From Chitinophagales bacterium (lineage in GTDB: Bacteria; Bacteroidota; Bacteroidia; Chitinophagales; BACL12): 53,906 bases of DNA. Shown here one piece after another: positions 9,638 to 21,351 of this stretch. The stretch is from the NCBI GenBank assembly GCA_019694895.1, contig JAIBBA010000004.1, positions 1-53,906 of the forward strand. Direction: 5' to 3'. The notes under the pieces are model-generated. The model did not search any database. It had not been told where the DNA came from and saw only the letters and a program-made list of their open reading frames with translations. How positions within the stretch are numbered: position 1 is the first letter of the stretch; each line of letters opens with the position of its first letter. The position numbers and the translations under genes were made by a program.

Positions 9638-10720
9638 TCATCGAAAATCTGCAACCAGGAATTTAGTCTTATCATTTAATTGCAGCCTATGTTGATTAGC
9701 GTAATTCGCGAAGTTGGTGAATTCATCTTGATGTGTTTTATACCACTCGTCGAATGCCGCTCCATCGCCATTCATAAACAACCAGTGATTGTAAGCATCA
9801 TAATATCCCTTATCAGCCAGATCCTTTTGGAATTTGAACAGCTCGATATTATATTTTTTATCATTCCCCATTTGATACCATGCATCAATAAATGAACTGC
9901 GCAATTTGCAAACAGACTCAAGTGTTATCTCCTTGGAAAATCCGACATATATGAGCATGGTAGTTTCTGCAGTCATACAGAATGGCAGTATTCCTTCACT
10001 CATGCGTTTCATTGATTCTTTATCCAATACCAGATTATTACTACAAAATTCAATCGATGCGGAAGTATCACTTGTAACATGAATATTAGACTTATAGGTA
10101 TCGAATAACAACGCGCTGATTTCCTGCGATCTTTCTGTACTCGGCTCAAGGTTCAAGAATATTTCTCCATACATAATGCCAAAAAACGGATTGTCGGTAG
10201 CACAATAAATTCTGGCTGCGCGATAATAGTTAGATGAAAACATCGGGTCTGCAGCAATACCGTCTTCATAGAATGGCAGTGCTTCGGCATATTTCTTTTG
10301 TCCCCAATAGACATTCCCTTTTTCAAGAAAAAGTATGCCGGATTTGGGAAATTTTTTCAATCCTCTGTCATATGCGTCAAATGCTTTATCAGGATCGCCG
10401 ATGATATCATAGCTATTGCCCAACAGCTGATATAATTGATCGGTAACATCTTTGTGTTTAGATAATTTTTCAAGTACTTCTATAGACTTATTATAATCCT
10501 TCATCAGGTAATAAGCATAGGCTACTTCATAAGGATAATCATATCGATCAGGGTCGAGTTTGATAGCCTCGTTCAGCAAATCGATACTCTCGGTAATATA
10601 CCCGGAGTCCATCATGGCAATAGCGGTCAATGCTTTTTCCAGCGCCTGATCTTTTTTCGATTGGGAATAGGCATGAACACTGAAGGTTAATACCAATACG
10701 AGTGTAAGTATCCTTTTCAT
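9638..10720 (-). CDS. Secreted TPR-repeat protein
   Basis: 360 aa with a signal peptide. TPR-like repeats occur in the first ~200 aa (A..YY..KDY.KSIE, A...Y..GL...P). Confidence 0.7.
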   Translation of the reverse strand: MKRILTLVLVLTFSVHAYSQSKKDQALEKALTAIAMMDSGYITESIDLLNEAIKLDPDRYDYPYEVAYAYYLMKDYNKSIEVLEKLSKHKDVTDQLYQLLGNSYDIIGDPDKAFDAYDRGLKKFPKSGILFLEKGNVYWGQKKYAEALPFYEDGIAADPMFSSNYYRAARIYCATDNPFFGIMYGEIFLNLEPSTERSQEISALLFDTYKSNIHVTSDTSASIEFCSNNLVLDKESMKRMSEGILPFCMTAETTMLIYVGFSKEITLESVCKLRSSFIDAWYQMGNDKKYNIELFKFQKDLADKGYYDAYNHWLFMNGDGAAFDEWYKTHQDEFTNFANYANQHRLQLNDKTKFLVADFR

Positions 10721-10761
10721 GGCTGGTTGTTTGATTTCAAATTTACGGCATCAATGCCTAT

Positions 10762-10804
10762 AAAACAAACAGGGCTGCATCATCAGACACAGCCCTGTTT
10801 TCAA
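10762..10804 (-). terminator. Intrinsic terminator after the bamA-skp-skp unit
   Basis: Stem cagggctg (10770-10777) / cagccctg (10790-10797), flanked by A-rich and T-rich runs. It lies downstream of the stop at 10821. Confidence 0.7.
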
Positions 10805-10820
10805 TAATTTATGGATGTGA

Positions 10821-11321
10821 TTATTGCAATCCCAGTTTCTTTTTCACCAATGGCAGAATATCCACTGCGTCGGTGCCCACATATAACATTGCCGAGCCAT
10901 CGAGAATGGTGGTGAATTTATTTTCATCACCTACTAATTTGATTTTCGCTTTCACATTGTCAAGGATAGGACCATAGAGTTCTTCTTTCTTCGCTTCCAG
11001 TTTATCATTTGATTCCTTCTCAAAATCGCTGATGCGTATTTGAAGATTACCTAAATCTTTTTCCACTGATTCGCGTTTAACTTCGCTCCAAGAAGCAGCG
11101 TTATTCTGATAGTCGGCCAATTTCTGCTGATATTCCATTACATAAGCAGCATAGATTTTCTGCATTTCTTCGGCATACTGATTGAGCACTGAGTCAGCCT
11201 TTTTCACTTCCGGCATTTGCACCAGAAGTTCATTGGTATTGAGGTATCCGATTTTTTGTGCGTCGGCTTGTGAAATCGCCATAACTGCAATGGCGAATAA
11301 GAGCATTAATTTGTTCTTCAT
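10821..11321 (-). CDS. OmpH/Skp-family periplasmic chaperone
   Basis: 166 aa with a signal peptide and a coiled-coil Lys/Glu-rich body. Position after bamA is typical. Confidence 0.85.
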   Translation of the reverse strand: MKNKLMLLFAIAVMAISQADAQKIGYLNTNELLVQMPEVKKADSVLNQYAEEMQKIYAAYVMEYQQKLADYQNNAASWSEVKRESVEKDLGNLQIRISDFEKESNDKLEAKKEELYGPILDNVKAKIKLVGDENKFTTILDGSAMLYVGTDAVDILPLVKKKLGLQ

Positions 11322-11356
11322 AATATGGTTGTACTGATTGTTGGATTATAAATGTG

Positions 11357-11884
11357 TTAATTCGTTTTTGTTGGTGTGTATCCCAATTTCTTGATAATCT
11401 CATCGCTCTTATCATTATCGGGATTTGCCCAAAGTATGGTAGTGCTGCTGGATTTATCGAAAATGAAATCATAGCCGCGTTCACGGGCATATTTTTCAAT
11501 GGCTTCGTACACTTTATCCTGAATTGGCTTAACCAGTTCCTGACGTTTTTGATAAAGCAAGCCTTCGTAGCCGAAAACCGATTTCTGGTAATCTTTCAGT
11601 GCTTTTTCTTTGGTTTCAATCTCAGAAATTTTTGCTTTCTTCTGATCTTCCGTTAACAGGTATTGCTCATTTTGGAAGGAGCGATACAATTCATCGATCT
11701 CTTTTTGCTTTTTGTCAGCCTCGCCGCGCCATTCCTGTGTCAGTTTATCGATTTGCTCCTGAGCCTTTTTATATTCAGGCATATTATCAAGAATGTAGTC
11801 AGTATTCACATACGCAAAGCGCTGTGCCTGAGCGGTAACGGCAAACGCCATTACGATGGTAGCGAGGATAAGTTGCTTTTTCAT
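11357..11884 (-). CDS. OmpH/Skp-family periplasmic chaperone
   Basis: 175 aa with a signal peptide and a coiled-coil body. It is a paralog of the downstream gene. Confidence 0.85.
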   Translation of the reverse strand: MKKQLILATIVMAFAVTAQAQRFAYVNTDYILDNMPEYKKAQEQIDKLTQEWRGEADKKQKEIDELYRSFQNEQYLLTEDQKKAKISEIETKEKALKDYQKSVFGYEGLLYQKRQELVKPIQDKVYEAIEKYARERGYDFIFDKSSSTTILWANPDNDKSDEIIKKLGYTPTKTN

Positions 11885-11899
11885 GTTCTTTCGTTTTTT

Positions 11900-14584
11900 T
11901 TATTCCGGTTCAAATCCGAGAACAACTGTGAATTTACCATTACGGGTGATGTAATCGAAGAATCCACTGGCTTGTTCAAGGTCTCCCGGTACCAGATCGT
12001 CAAACCTTATGCCATAATCTACACCGAGGAGTCCAAACATCGGCAACCAAGCTCTGACACCCAGTCCGGCCGCGCGTTTGATCTCGAAAGGATTATAATT
12101 ATCGATATCGGCATAAAGGTTTCCACCTTCGGCAAAAGCCAGAGCATAGATATTGGCAGATTGCGATTTTACGATAGGATAGCGCAATTCAAGGGTATAC
12201 TTGTTGAAGATAGCCTCAGTGCGCGCAGAACTGCTGTTGGTTTGCGGGAACACTTCGTAACCACGCATGGAAATAATGTCTGTGCCGACAAATGTGTTGG
12301 TATAACCTCCTGATAATCCATCACCACCCAATTGGAATCTTTCGAATGGCGGAATACCCACATCGCTATTATAGTATCCTAGGAATCCAAATTTCATAGA
12401 TGCTCTGAAGACAAATTTGCCTACAACAGGTGTATACCAATCGGCATTGAAACGCCATTTGTAGTATTCGATGAATTTATATTTTTCCTCCGTTCCCAAT
12501 TCACCATAATCTTTTGAATTTAAAGCGGAATACGGTGGTGTAAATTGCAACGAGAGTGAAATGCTGCTTCCTGATTTTGGAAACTGCTGATCGTCTAATG
12601 AGTTGCGACCAAGCGTTTCTTTAATGCTGAAGTTATTGTAATCGCCATTCGTGGCAATGAAATAAGGATAGTCAGTAAGGCTGTAATTGTAGAAGCTCAC
12701 AGTACTTACTAACGTAAAATAATCATCAGGCCATTTCAAGCGAATACCATATCCGAGAGATGCACCATTTGCGATGAATTTTCCTTCGAGTGAATCGTAA
12801 GTAGAACCGGGAATATTATATCCAAGCTGCGTACGTGTTAAACTGAATGACAAAGAGTTTGGTTTTTTACCTCTGAACCAAGGTTCAACAAATCCGATAT
12901 TATATGCTTGGTATAAACGACCTGTTGTATTTACACGGAAAGACAATTTCTGACCATCGCCCATTGGCACCGGCTTCCATCCTTCCTTTTTAAACATTTG
13001 TGTGGTACTCCAGTTGTTTAATACAATACCAACTGATGCGAGAACACCATATCCCTGTCCGCCATAACCTGCCGACAATTCTAATTGATCAGATGGTTTT
13101 TCTACAACGGTATATTCAATATCTACTGTTCCTGATTCAGGGTGAGGAATCGGGTTGATACCAATTTGTTCCGCATCAAATAATCCAAGTGCAATGATCT
13201 CACGTTGTGAACGAATAACTAATGAACGATTAAATTTCTGTCCGGGTAAAGTACGCAACTCACGACGAATCACATGTTCATTGGTTTTTGTATTTCCGCT
13301 GATAATAATTTTGTCGATGATAGCCTGAGGTCCTTCTGATATACGAATTTCAAGGTCAATACTATCGTCCTGTGCCCAAATTTCCACAGGATTGATACGG
13401 AAAAATAAATAGCCATCATCCATATATTTAGACGTGATATCCGGCTTGGTAAGGTCGAAGGAAATGCGTTGATCAAGATAACTCTGATTATATACTTGTC
13501 CTTTGCTGATATCTAGAATTGAATCGAGCTGTTTATCGGTAAATTTCGTATTTCCCTTCCATGTGATATTGCGGAAATAATATTTAGTTCCTTCATCTAT
13601 GGTATAAGACAATCCAATTGATCTATCGCTTACATTATACACTGAATCCAGTTTCATTTGAGCATCGCGATAGCCTTTTGATTTATAGTAAGTGATTACA
13701 GCTTGTGCATCGGTACGCGCTTTTGCTTCATCATATTTCGACTGATTGAAAATGCGAATTTGTGCGCGGTCGTAAACAAAATCCATGATATTGCTAACGC
13801 TCAGCGACGACAGCACATTCACTACACCCTTAACTGATAATACATCATCGGAAATTGGATTTTCAGGATCGTTATAGAATGGCTTGATCTGCGTGCGCAC
13901 GCGTGTTTCCTTCATGTTCTTCAACACTTCGCGATCGCTCATTTCGGTATTACCATGAATATCAATAGTTGCGATTTTCACTTTCGCATTTTTCACTACA
14001 TCGATATACACGATCACGCTATTTCTAAAAGATGTATCCGGTTTTCCGTAAACATCGATCTCTGCATTTAAAAATCCTTTTTCCGCATAATATTCCCGAA
14101 CGGTATTGTAAATATGCGTTTTGGTGTAATCGGCAAATGGTGTCACATTTTTAATGATATCCAATTGCGGTCTAAGGTCTTCATCTTCCGATTTAGTGGT
14201 GCCGGTGAATGCATATTTACTCACTTTTGGCAATTCAGTTACCTGAATCGTCAGCCATACCTGATCGCCAAGAGTTTTTTCTACAAATATCTGCACATCG
14301 GAAAACAGGCGCATTTTCCAAAGGCTTTTAATGGCTACACTAAAATCTTCACCGGGAATAGTAAGTGGCAATCCGGGAGTAAGACCTGTGCGTACGATTA
14401 AACTATTAAGATCGAGATTGGGTGAAGTAACCCCGCGAATTTCGGTTGCGGCGATGGTATACTTTTTAGGATTACCATAATCCACACTATTAGAGTCGAG
14501 TCCCGGTGTTTGCGACCATCCGGTAACGGACAATGTAGCGATCATCACTCCACACAATAACAGGCTAAGCAGCGTTCTTTTCAT
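11900..14584 (-). CDS. bamA: Outer membrane protein assembly factor BamA
   Basis: 894 aa with a signal peptide, POTRA-like repeats and a C-terminal Omp85 barrel (...GVDYGIRFD..., ends ...GFEPE). The start overlaps the uppS stop (ATGA at 14581-14584). Confidence 0.95.
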   Translation of the reverse strand: MKRTLLSLLLCGVMIATLSVTGWSQTPGLDSNSVDYGNPKKYTIAATEIRGVTSPNLDLNSLIVRTGLTPGLPLTIPGEDFSVAIKSLWKMRLFSDVQIFVEKTLGDQVWLTIQVTELPKVSKYAFTGTTKSEDEDLRPQLDIIKNVTPFADYTKTHIYNTVREYYAEKGFLNAEIDVYGKPDTSFRNSVIVYIDVVKNAKVKIATIDIHGNTEMSDREVLKNMKETRVRTQIKPFYNDPENPISDDVLSVKGVVNVLSSLSVSNIMDFVYDRAQIRIFNQSKYDEAKARTDAQAVITYYKSKGYRDAQMKLDSVYNVSDRSIGLSYTIDEGTKYYFRNITWKGNTKFTDKQLDSILDISKGQVYNQSYLDQRISFDLTKPDITSKYMDDGYLFFRINPVEIWAQDDSIDLEIRISEGPQAIIDKIIISGNTKTNEHVIRRELRTLPGQKFNRSLVIRSQREIIALGLFDAEQIGINPIPHPESGTVDIEYTVVEKPSDQLELSAGYGGQGYGVLASVGIVLNNWSTTQMFKKEGWKPVPMGDGQKLSFRVNTTGRLYQAYNIGFVEPWFRGKKPNSLSFSLTRTQLGYNIPGSTYDSLEGKFIANGASLGYGIRLKWPDDYFTLVSTVSFYNYSLTDYPYFIATNGDYNNFSIKETLGRNSLDDQQFPKSGSSISLSLQFTPPYSALNSKDYGELGTEEKYKFIEYYKWRFNADWYTPVVGKFVFRASMKFGFLGYYNSDVGIPPFERFQLGGDGLSGGYTNTFVGTDIISMRGYEVFPQTNSSSARTEAIFNKYTLELRYPIVKSQSANIYALAFAEGGNLYADIDNYNPFEIKRAAGLGVRAWLPMFGLLGVDYGIRFDDLVPGDLEQASGFFDYITRNGKFTVVLGFEPE

Positions 14585-15324
14585 TTCACTTGAATTTGTT
14601 CCGTAGTTTTTCCGAACCTGCGTTCGCGGTTTTGATAATCGATAATAGCATTAAAGAGTGCCTCTTTATCAAAATCAGGCCACAGCGTTTCGGTAAAGTA
14701 GTACTCTGTATAGGCGGTTTGCCATAGCAAAAAGTTACTCAATCGATATTCACCGCTGGTGCGTATGAGCAATTCAGGCTCAGGCATATTAGCGGTATTG
14801 AGTTTATCTGCAATGGTTTGTTCTGTAATTTCTTCAGGTTTTATATTACCGTTTACAAGATCTTTAGCGATCTGTTGAACGGCATGGGTAATTTCCCATC
14901 TTCCGGAATAACTCAGAGCCAGAATAAGATTCAGGCCCGTGTTATCGGCAGTCATTTTTTTTGCTTCTTCGAGCTCGGCAATGCAAGCAGGAGGTAATGA
15001 ATGTCCATCGCCAATCATGCCGATGTGCACATTATTTTTATCGAGTTCAGGGGTTTCGCGGCGTATGGTTCTTACGAGCAGTTCCATTAGTGCATTCACC
15101 TCTTCCTCCGGGCGTTTCCAGTTTTCGGTGCTGAAAGCATAAAGCGTCAAATACTCAACACCCAGTTCTGTGCAAGCTTCTACTACTTTTCGCACTGCTT
15201 CAACGCCTGCGTGGTGACCATAGATCCTCGCCTTATCGCGCAGTTTTGCCCAGCGACCATTACCATCCATGATAATGGCAATATGACGTGGGATGTTGTT
15301 AGGATCTGGTTGACCTGCGGACAT
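14581..15324 (-). CDS. uppS: Isoprenyl transferase (undecaprenyl diphosphate synthase)
   Basis: [13 protein letters not shown], ...[12 protein letters not shown], ...[17 protein letters not shown] at 15324 is preferred; the ORF track start is 15360. Confidence 0.95.
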   Translation of the reverse strand: MSAGQPDPNNIPRHIAIIMDGNGRWAKLRDKARIYGHHAGVEAVRKVVEACTELGVEYLTLYAFSTENWKRPEEEVNALMELLVRTIRRETPELDKNNVHIGMIGDGHSLPPACIAELEEAKKMTADNTGLNLILALSYSGRWEITHAVQQIAKDLVNGNIKPEEITEQTIADKLNTANMPEPELLIRTSGEYRLSNFLLWQTAYTEYYFTETLWPDFDKEALFNAIIDYQNRERRFGKTTEQIQVK

Positions 15325-15341
15325 AACGGGCTGCAAAGTTA

Positions 15342-16211
15342 TCAAAATTTGGCACCCCATTTACCGGGTGGATCGCATTTTAAGTCTACGATAGTATATG
15401 ACAGAAAAATGCCGGTATAGAGGTATTTATCGCGATGTTCGCTATCGCCGCGCTGTTTCCCGGGTTCGCCGAGGGGAATGATGTCAATTGCCGTGCTTCT
15501 ATCGGCCAAAGCCACTGCCAGTGCACCATCTGAGCCACTTGCCAGAATGGAAGGGTCTACGTAAACGGTAGAAACATCGTCCAGATAATCGGTAAACAGC
15601 CAGTGCCAGTTCCATTCGATTCCGGCGGTAATATTTTTATTGAGGGCAAATTTAAATCCGCCCCCCATTGGTACACTGATCTGCACACGCTGGTATTTGT
15701 CGTTGCCCGTGAGCTCCGGAAACTGTTGCCCTTCTGTTCCAAGTGGCTGAAGATCAACCCATTCGTCGTTATAATAGGCTTGCGGATTGAAGTAATACAC
15801 AGAAAGTCCCATGAAAACATAGGGCGTAAACCAGTATTTAGGCTTTTCGCGCTCCAGGGGGAGAAAGTTAAAGTCTACCCTACCCGACACGTCATAAATG
15901 GTTGTGCGGTAGCTCAGATTGCGTCGCAACTGATAAATATTGTTTGAAATGCTGTCGTAGCCACGGGTTTGGCCGCCGCTGAGACCGAGATAATAGCCGA
16001 TTCTGGAGTTCAAATTGTATCTGAAGAATACGCCGGCACCCGGTTCCAGGAATTGAAAACTTTCGGTAGAATTATTGATATCGCCAAAAGAATGCGTAAG
16101 TCCGCCCCATAGTCCAATTTCAGCAGCCTGTGCCGAAGACCGGTTTGGAACAGTAACAATAACTGCCAGAACGCTTACATATATGAATAACGACCGCATG
16201 AACGGAACCAC
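15342..16211 (-). CDS. Outer-membrane beta-barrel-like protein (DUF6089-type) upstream of uppS
   Basis: 289 aa with a signal peptide and a Gly/Tyr-rich strand pattern. Its position upstream of uppS-bamA is conserved in Bacteroidota. An alternative start is at 16199. Confidence 0.65.
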   Translation of the reverse strand: MVPFMRSLFIYVSVLAVIVTVPNRSSAQAAEIGLWGGLTHSFGDINNSTESFQFLEPGAGVFFRYNLNSRIGYYLGLSGGQTRGYDSISNNIYQLRRNLSYRTTIYDVSGRVDFNFLPLEREKPKYWFTPYVFMGLSVYYFNPQAYYNDEWVDLQPLGTEGQQFPELTGNDKYQRVQISVPMGGGFKFALNKNITAGIEWNWHWLFTDYLDDVSTVYVDPSILASGSDGALAVALADRSTAIDIIPLGEPGKQRGDSEHRDKYLYTGIFLSYTIVDLKCDPPGKWGAKF

Positions 16212-16335
16212 AAAGTTAGGGCAAATGGTTTTAACGCTTGCAGGCGGGAAATATTGTACTTCCTGCTGAAGGCAGCCAAATGTCCGCTCAATAGGTCAGT
16301 TGCGGGATACAAAGAGCCCTGCGGCAAATCTTCCC

Positions 16336-17187
16336 TCAGTGCTTAAGCAGGTGCACATAACTAAATCGTCCCTTATCATCACTAAGATGCAGGATATAAG
16401 CGCCGGAAGGCAAATCTGTTGCGGGAATGGAAAGTGGTAGGCTTGATGTATAGGAAATCAGCTTCTCAACATTTATGGAGTAAAGGTCGATATGGTATAC
16501 GGCATCTGATGCCAATTGAATACTCCAATAGTCAGATGCCGGGTTAGGTGAAACAATTAAATCGGTGGCAATGGATCCCGGTTGAATGGCAATTGTTTCA
16601 CTTCCAATTACGAGGTCATAATCCTCTGTTTCACCGTAATCTAACATTTGACCGGCGGCATATGCTGTGCATGGCGGAGGTTCATTGTTGAATAAATTCC
16701 AGGTATAGTCATCATCTTCAAACACTTGAACACGCATTCTTGTTGTCCCGTTAAGGGCATCATTGGGTATGGTGATGGAAAATGTAGTTGGTGAAGTAGG
16801 GAATTCAAATTCAGGGGTATTTGCTGTTTCAAAAAATGCTTCGCCTTCAGTAACATCAAAATTATTATTTCCATTAAAATCAATAAATACCGTCACAAAG
16901 TGAATGGCTATTCCGGAATGGGTGACAGTAAAAGTATAGGTATTTCCCTGCTGCACAACCGGTGCTTCGATATTATTAAAATAGGTATAACCCGGAGAGG
17001 GGTTTGCATTACCGGAAACATGTTGCCAGCTTACCTCATCAATTTCCACCTTGGAAATATATTTCATCATGGCGCCGCTGATACCACCATCAAATGTACC
17101 GCTGCAATATGGATCGGGGTTGGTAATTTGACTAAAACCCGAAAGTGTTATTTGTATGAAAACGAGGAGCGCGAAAGTATTTTTCAT
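16336..17187 (-). CDS. Secreted GEVED-domain protein with T9SS type A sorting domain
   Basis: 283 aa with a signal peptide. DYGETEDYDL matches the GEVED motif. The C-terminal ~80 aa (VSPNPASDYWSI...GAYILHL...) looks like a Por secretion tail. Confidence 0.75.
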   Translation of the reverse strand: MKNTFALLVFIQITLSGFSQITNPDPYCSGTFDGGISGAMMKYISKVEIDEVSWQHVSGNANPSPGYTYFNNIEAPVVQQGNTYTFTVTHSGIAIHFVTVFIDFNGNNNFDVTEGEAFFETANTPEFEFPTSPTTFSITIPNDALNGTTRMRVQVFEDDDYTWNLFNNEPPPCTAYAAGQMLDYGETEDYDLVIGSETIAIQPGSIATDLIVSPNPASDYWSIQLASDAVYHIDLYSINVEKLISYTSSLPLSIPATDLPSGAYILHLSDDKGRFSYVHLLKH

Positions 17188-17259
17188 TTCGCAATGTTAT
17201 TGACAATGCGCAATAATAAATCGCGATAAATGCATAATTACTTACACCAAAAATCTAAT

Positions 17260-18144
17260 TCAATTGCGCTGATCTAAACCAAGCGAAAGTTTATTGCGCA
17301 GTGTGTCGAGGAAGTTCTGTTCATGAGGTCGCACGAGGGTAACGGTAAAGTTTTCTTTGCGTACCGCCAATTGCACTGAAGCGTCAACAGATTCGTAGCG
17401 ACTATCGAGGGTGACTAAAAATTGATCGCTGCGACCTTCAATTTCGAAGCTGATAACAGAGCTGTCGCTTACTACAATGGGACGTATATTTAAGTTATGC
17501 GGAGCAACCGGTGTTATCACAAAATTCTCGGATGTCGGGAAAATAATCGGGCCTCCGCAGCTCAATGAATATCCGGTAGAACCGGTTGGTGTTGAAACGA
17601 TCAATCCATCGGCCCAATAGCTCATGAGGAATTCGCCATTGATGTAAGTATGTATGACAATCATGGCAGAGCTATCCTTTTTATGAATGGTAAATTCATT
17701 CAATGCGAATGCATCACCTTCAAAGAGATCCGGTCTGTTGGAGTCGAGGTGCACGAGTGTTCTCACATCGCGAGTAACGGCATCTGTTTCGAGTGCGTTG
17801 ATCAAAGAGATAATTTCGTCTTTGCCGATATTGGCAAGAAATCCCAATCGACCGATATTAATTCCGACAATGGGAATATTTGTATCGCGAACGATGGTGA
17901 TAGTATCCAGCAGTGTGCCATCGCCACCAACGCTAAAGATGTAATCGATGCGCGCGATGACGGCCATATTTTTTTCGTTGAATAAAACCGGTTCGCTTTT
18001 GAATTGGATATTATTCACCAGATGCGGAAAATAGGACTCATGTATATATACATGAATATTGCGTTCATGCAACACATTAAACATCTGTTGCACATAAGGC
18101 AGCGCATCTTTTTTTATCAGGCGACCGTAGATGGCTATGTGCAT
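17260..18144 (-). CDS. nadK: NAD kinase
   Basis: 294 aa. GGDGTLL motif and STPTGSTGYSLSCGGPI. Confidence 0.9.
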   Translation of the reverse strand: MHIAIYGRLIKKDALPYVQQMFNVLHERNIHVYIHESYFPHLVNNIQFKSEPVLFNEKNMAVIARIDYIFSVGGDGTLLDTITIVRDTNIPIVGINIGRLGFLANIGKDEIISLINALETDAVTRDVRTLVHLDSNRPDLFEGDAFALNEFTIHKKDSSAMIVIHTYINGEFLMSYWADGLIVSTPTGSTGYSLSCGGPIIFPTSENFVITPVAPHNLNIRPIVVSDSSVISFEIEGRSDQFLVTLDSRYESVDASVQLAVRKENFTVTLVRPHEQNFLDTLRNKLSLGLDQRN

Positions 18145-18145
18145 A

Positions 18146-18811
18146 TCAGATATTGAGATAATTCATTAATGAATCGTAGCGGTCTTTCATGATATCACCC
18201 AGATCACTTTCTCTGAAATAGGCACGCACCTGATATTCGTAACGTTCGAAAGTAGCTACGATATGTTTCACTTCAGTGGTATCAACCTTAATGGTTACGG
18301 CATGTTTTCCGGTATCCGGATCAACATTAAAATATAAGCTCAGAATATGGGCGTCGTTGCTTTCCACCATGCGGGCGATATCGCTGAGCACATAATCTGT
18401 TTTTTGATTTAATTCGAGGATGATCACTCCGCCGGGTTCACTGATGGAACTCATTTTTGCGAAGTGGTATAACAAACTTTGTAAATTGATTAATCCAAGA
18501 TAGGTTTCTTCGGCATCGATAACAGGAATTACTGTTGATTTTAACGTTGCCGCAACGCGAAGCACTTCATAAATATGTTCGGTATCTCTAACAAAGGGTT
18601 TGTAAAGATTGCGCAGGAATTTTCCGAGTTGCTCGTTTGTATTGTTAAAATCGAGGATATCTTCTTCGCTTACGAGACCGATATATTTTTTATTGTCGAC
18701 AAGCGGGAGGTGTGACAATTTGAATTCGTACATCCATTCTATCGCCTTGGTGCCGGTGTCTTTTACCTTCAGGGGCGGTATATTCTCCGATATGATATCT
18801 TTTGCGAGCAA
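18146..18811 (-). CDS. CBS domain-containing protein
   Basis: 221 aa. It has tandem CBS-like segments (HLPLVDNKKYIGLVSEEDIL; VIPVIDAEETYLGLINLQSLL). There is a 1-nt gap to nadK. Confidence 0.8.
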   Translation of the reverse strand: MLAKDIISENIPPLKVKDTGTKAIEWMYEFKLSHLPLVDNKKYIGLVSEEDILDFNNTNEQLGKFLRNLYKPFVRDTEHIYEVLRVAATLKSTVIPVIDAEETYLGLINLQSLLYHFAKMSSISEPGGVIILELNQKTDYVLSDIARMVESNDAHILSLYFNVDPDTGKHAVTIKVDTTEVKHIVATFERYEYQVRAYFRESDLGDIMKDRYDSLMNYLNI

Positions 18812-18812
18812 C

Positions 18813-19571
18813 TTAATTTATTTCCTTAAGGAACTTATCCAGATAACGATTAAATTCCTCCGGTTGTTCCATCATTGGTGCATGTCCGCACTTATCTATG
18901 AAATAAAGTTGTGAATTCGGTAAAAGTTTATGGAACTCCTCACCAACGAAAGGAGGTGTAATGGTGTCGTTATTACCCCAGATGAGCAAGGTAGGTACGG
19001 TAATTTTTGATACTTCCTCAGCCAGGTTGTGGCGGATGGCGCTTTTCGCTGTTGCCAGTACCCGGATTACTTTATTGCGGTCGTTCACGATATCAAAAAG
19101 CTCATCAACCAGTTCTTTGGTAGCGTGTTTTGTATCGTAGAAAGTAACCTCTGTTTTGCGTTTGATATATTCATAATCACCGCGTTTCGGATAGCTGTCG
19201 CCCATGGCACTTTCAAAAAGTCCGGAGCTACCGGTGAGCACCATAGCTTTTACCTTTTCCATATTCTGGAGTGTATAGATCAAGGCGATATGGCCTCCGA
19301 GTGAATTTCCAAGTACAATCACTTTGCCATAACCTTTGTAGGCAACGAAGCGCTCTACATAGTCGACATAACCGCCAACTGTAGTTTCTTCGATAGGCAA
19401 TTCGTATAGTGGCAATATGGGTATCACCACCTTATGCGTGGCTTTAAAGTGTTCGATGATGTCGAAAAAATTACTGAGGGCGCCGAATAGGCCGTGCAGA
19501 AGCATCAGTACTTCACCTTCGCCTTCTTCCACATATTTAAACCCGTTTTCTTCTGTGACAGTGTGCGTCAT
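18813..19571 (-). CDS. Alpha/beta hydrolase
   Basis: 252 aa. LLHG oxyanion region, nucleophile elbow GNSLGG, and C-terminal CGHAPM. Confidence 0.85.
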   Translation of the reverse strand: MTHTVTEENGFKYVEEGEGEVLMLLHGLFGALSNFFDIIEHFKATHKVVIPILPLYELPIEETTVGGYVDYVERFVAYKGYGKVIVLGNSLGGHIALIYTLQNMEKVKAMVLTGSSGLFESAMGDSYPKRGDYEYIKRKTEVTFYDTKHATKELVDELFDIVNDRNKVIRVLATAKSAIRHNLAEEVSKITVPTLLIWGNNDTITPPFVGEEFHKLLPNSQLYFIDKCGHAPMMEQPEEFNRYLDKFLKEIN

Positions 19572-19616
19572 ACCGTGTTGAGTGCGTTACAAAAATAGCA
19601 TTTATTGTCAGGTTTG

Positions 19617-20186
19617 CTAATGCATGCTTTTCAGCCAGTTGCCGATCATGGTTAGTCCGGCGGGTGTCAACACCGATTCAGGGTGGAACTGAACACCGCT
19701 AAGAGGCAGGTACTCATGTGCCAAAGCCATGGGTTCACCGGTATCGGCAGTTTGAGCTGTAAGCCTTATCCCCGGAGGCATTCGGTCGATATTCAGGGAG
19801 TGATAGCGCATTACGGACGTGGGGTTTGGCACGCCTTCAAAGAGCCCTTTTCCATCGTGCGATATGGTTGAGGTTTTTCCATGCATGGGAAGAGGGGCGT
19901 GGATTACCTCGGCACCAAAATAGGCTCCCAGGGCCTGATAACCGAGGCAAATACCTAAAATTGGGTGGGTTTGGTGAAATTTTTCGATCAATTCCATCAT
20001 AATTCCGGCATCCTGAGGCCTTCCGGGACCCGGAGACAACACTATGCCGTTGAATGACATATCACTTATGACCTGTGGGGTAATGGCATCATTTCGATAT
20101 ACATGGACATTGGCACCACAGCGGGTCAAGTAATCGTAAAGATTCCAGGTAAACGAATCGTAGTTATCGAGCAGCAGTATTTTCAT
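19617..20186 (-). CDS. Anthranilate/aminodeoxychorismate synthase component II (type 1 glutamine amidotransferase)
   Basis: 189 aa. MKILLLDNYDSFTWNL, GICLGYQAL (nucleophile Cys), QFHPES. Confidence 0.9.
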   Translation of the reverse strand: MKILLLDNYDSFTWNLYDYLTRCGANVHVYRNDAITPQVISDMSFNGIVLSPGPGRPQDAGIMMELIEKFHQTHPILGICLGYQALGAYFGAEVIHAPLPMHGKTSTISHDGKGLFEGVPNPTSVMRYHSLNIDRMPPGIRLTAQTADTGEPMALAHEYLPLSGVQFHPESVLTPAGLTMIGNWLKSMH

Positions 20187-20191
20187 GCATG

Positions 20192-20734
20192 TTAATCGCT
20201 TGTTGCGTTATCATGAAGTTTATGAAACCACTCGTCGAGACTGTTGTAGGTATTTTTTACCGGCGGAATAATTTTCCCTATCAACTCAAAAGTATCCGGA
20301 GCAATCGGAGCAATTTTTTCGTAGGTGACGGAATCTGATTTCAATTCATCGGAAAACAGTCCCATGTTATTCAGGTAAAATAATATGGTAGAGAAAAGCA
20401 TAGTCCATACTAATCCCCAAATCAATGCCCCAATTATCTGGTTTACAAAATTCAGTTTGATAAGCTTAAAAAAGCCTTCAAGTGCTTGTTCGAGCAATCT
20501 GAATAATAGATATAACCCTATAAAAACGGCGATAAAAGCGATCAGTGGCAGATATTTCCCGGAAATATTGAACCACTTATCAATATATACCGCTGCCAGT
20601 TCGCTAAATCGGACGGCGGCAAGTAATCCGACAATAAGTGCTAACAGCGATACTATAGAATGAATAATACCTTTTCTGTATCCATGAATCATGGCCAACA
20701 AAAGGATTATTGCGTAAATAATATCCAGTATCAA
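20192..20734 (-). CDS. CvpA-family membrane protein
   Basis: 180 aa with 4 TM helices. The N-terminus (ILDIIYAIILL...GYRKG) is typical of the colicin V production protein family. Confidence 0.7.
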   Translation of the reverse strand: MILDIIYAIILLLAMIHGYRKGIIHSIVSLLALIVGLLAAVRFSELAAVYIDKWFNISGKYLPLIAFIAVFIGLYLLFRLLEQALEGFFKLIKLNFVNQIIGALIWGLVWTMLFSTILFYLNNMGLFSDELKSDSVTYEKIAPIAPDTFELIGKIIPPVKNTYNSLDEWFHKLHDNATSD

Positions 20735-20775
20735 ATTGAGCGCTTATTTTTTGAAATAAAAACAAATGCCTGCAC

Positions 20776-21228
20776 TTAGGCACCAAGGATTTCTTTCACA
20801 ACGGCGGCAATTTTATCGCCATCGGTTTTGCCTGCAAGTTGTTTGGTTGCAGTGCCCATAACTCGTCCCATATCTTTCATGCCACTTGCGCCCAACTGTG
20901 TGATGATGGCTGCAACTTCCGCACGCAATTCTTCAGCCGACATTTGTTTTGGCAGGAAAGCAGCAATCACATCCATCTCTTCCTTTTCTGCAGCTGCAAG
21001 ATCCGGTCTGTTTTGTTGTGTATAGGTGGCATAACTTTCTTCGCGTTGCTTCATCATTTTAGTGAGGACCTGCATTTCTTTGGCCTCTGTGAGGGTGTCT
21101 TCCGCACCTTTTTCAGTTTTTGCCAATAAGAGCGCCGCTTTAATTCCGCGAAGTGCCCTCAGGCGTCCTTCCTGTTTACTTTTCATAGCATCTTTTATGC
21201 CTTCGTTTACCTGATCGAAAAGTGACAT
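20776..21228 (-). CDS. GatB/YqeY domain protein
   Basis: 150 aa. ...IKDAMKSK...RL.ALRGIKAALL... and the C-terminal G.DMG.VMG...K..G..DG pattern. Confidence 0.85.
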   Translation of the reverse strand: MSLFDQVNEGIKDAMKSKQEGRLRALRGIKAALLLAKTEKGAEDTLTEAKEMQVLTKMMKQREESYATYTQQNRPDLAAAEKEEMDVIAAFLPKQMSAEELRAEVAAIITQLGASGMKDMGRVMGTATKQLAGKTDGDKIAAVVKEILGA

Positions 21229-21351
21229 ATTTTTTATTTTAGTGTAAAGTTACATGAAAAAGTGACAAGCTCAATTTTAGAAAATAGTATACCTTCGTGC
21301 CCACATCAGCAAAATTGTTTTAAATAGAATATTCCCCGAAAATTTAGTGAT

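Noticed and set aside
11663-12313. 216-aa + strand ORF, and other ORFs of about 60-120 aa lying antisense or out of frame within uvrA, bamA, skp, GH3, mutL, HK, S8 and the rSAM genes
   Set aside because: They lie entirely inside confidently assigned genes and have low-complexity or odd composition. They are typical shadow ORFs.
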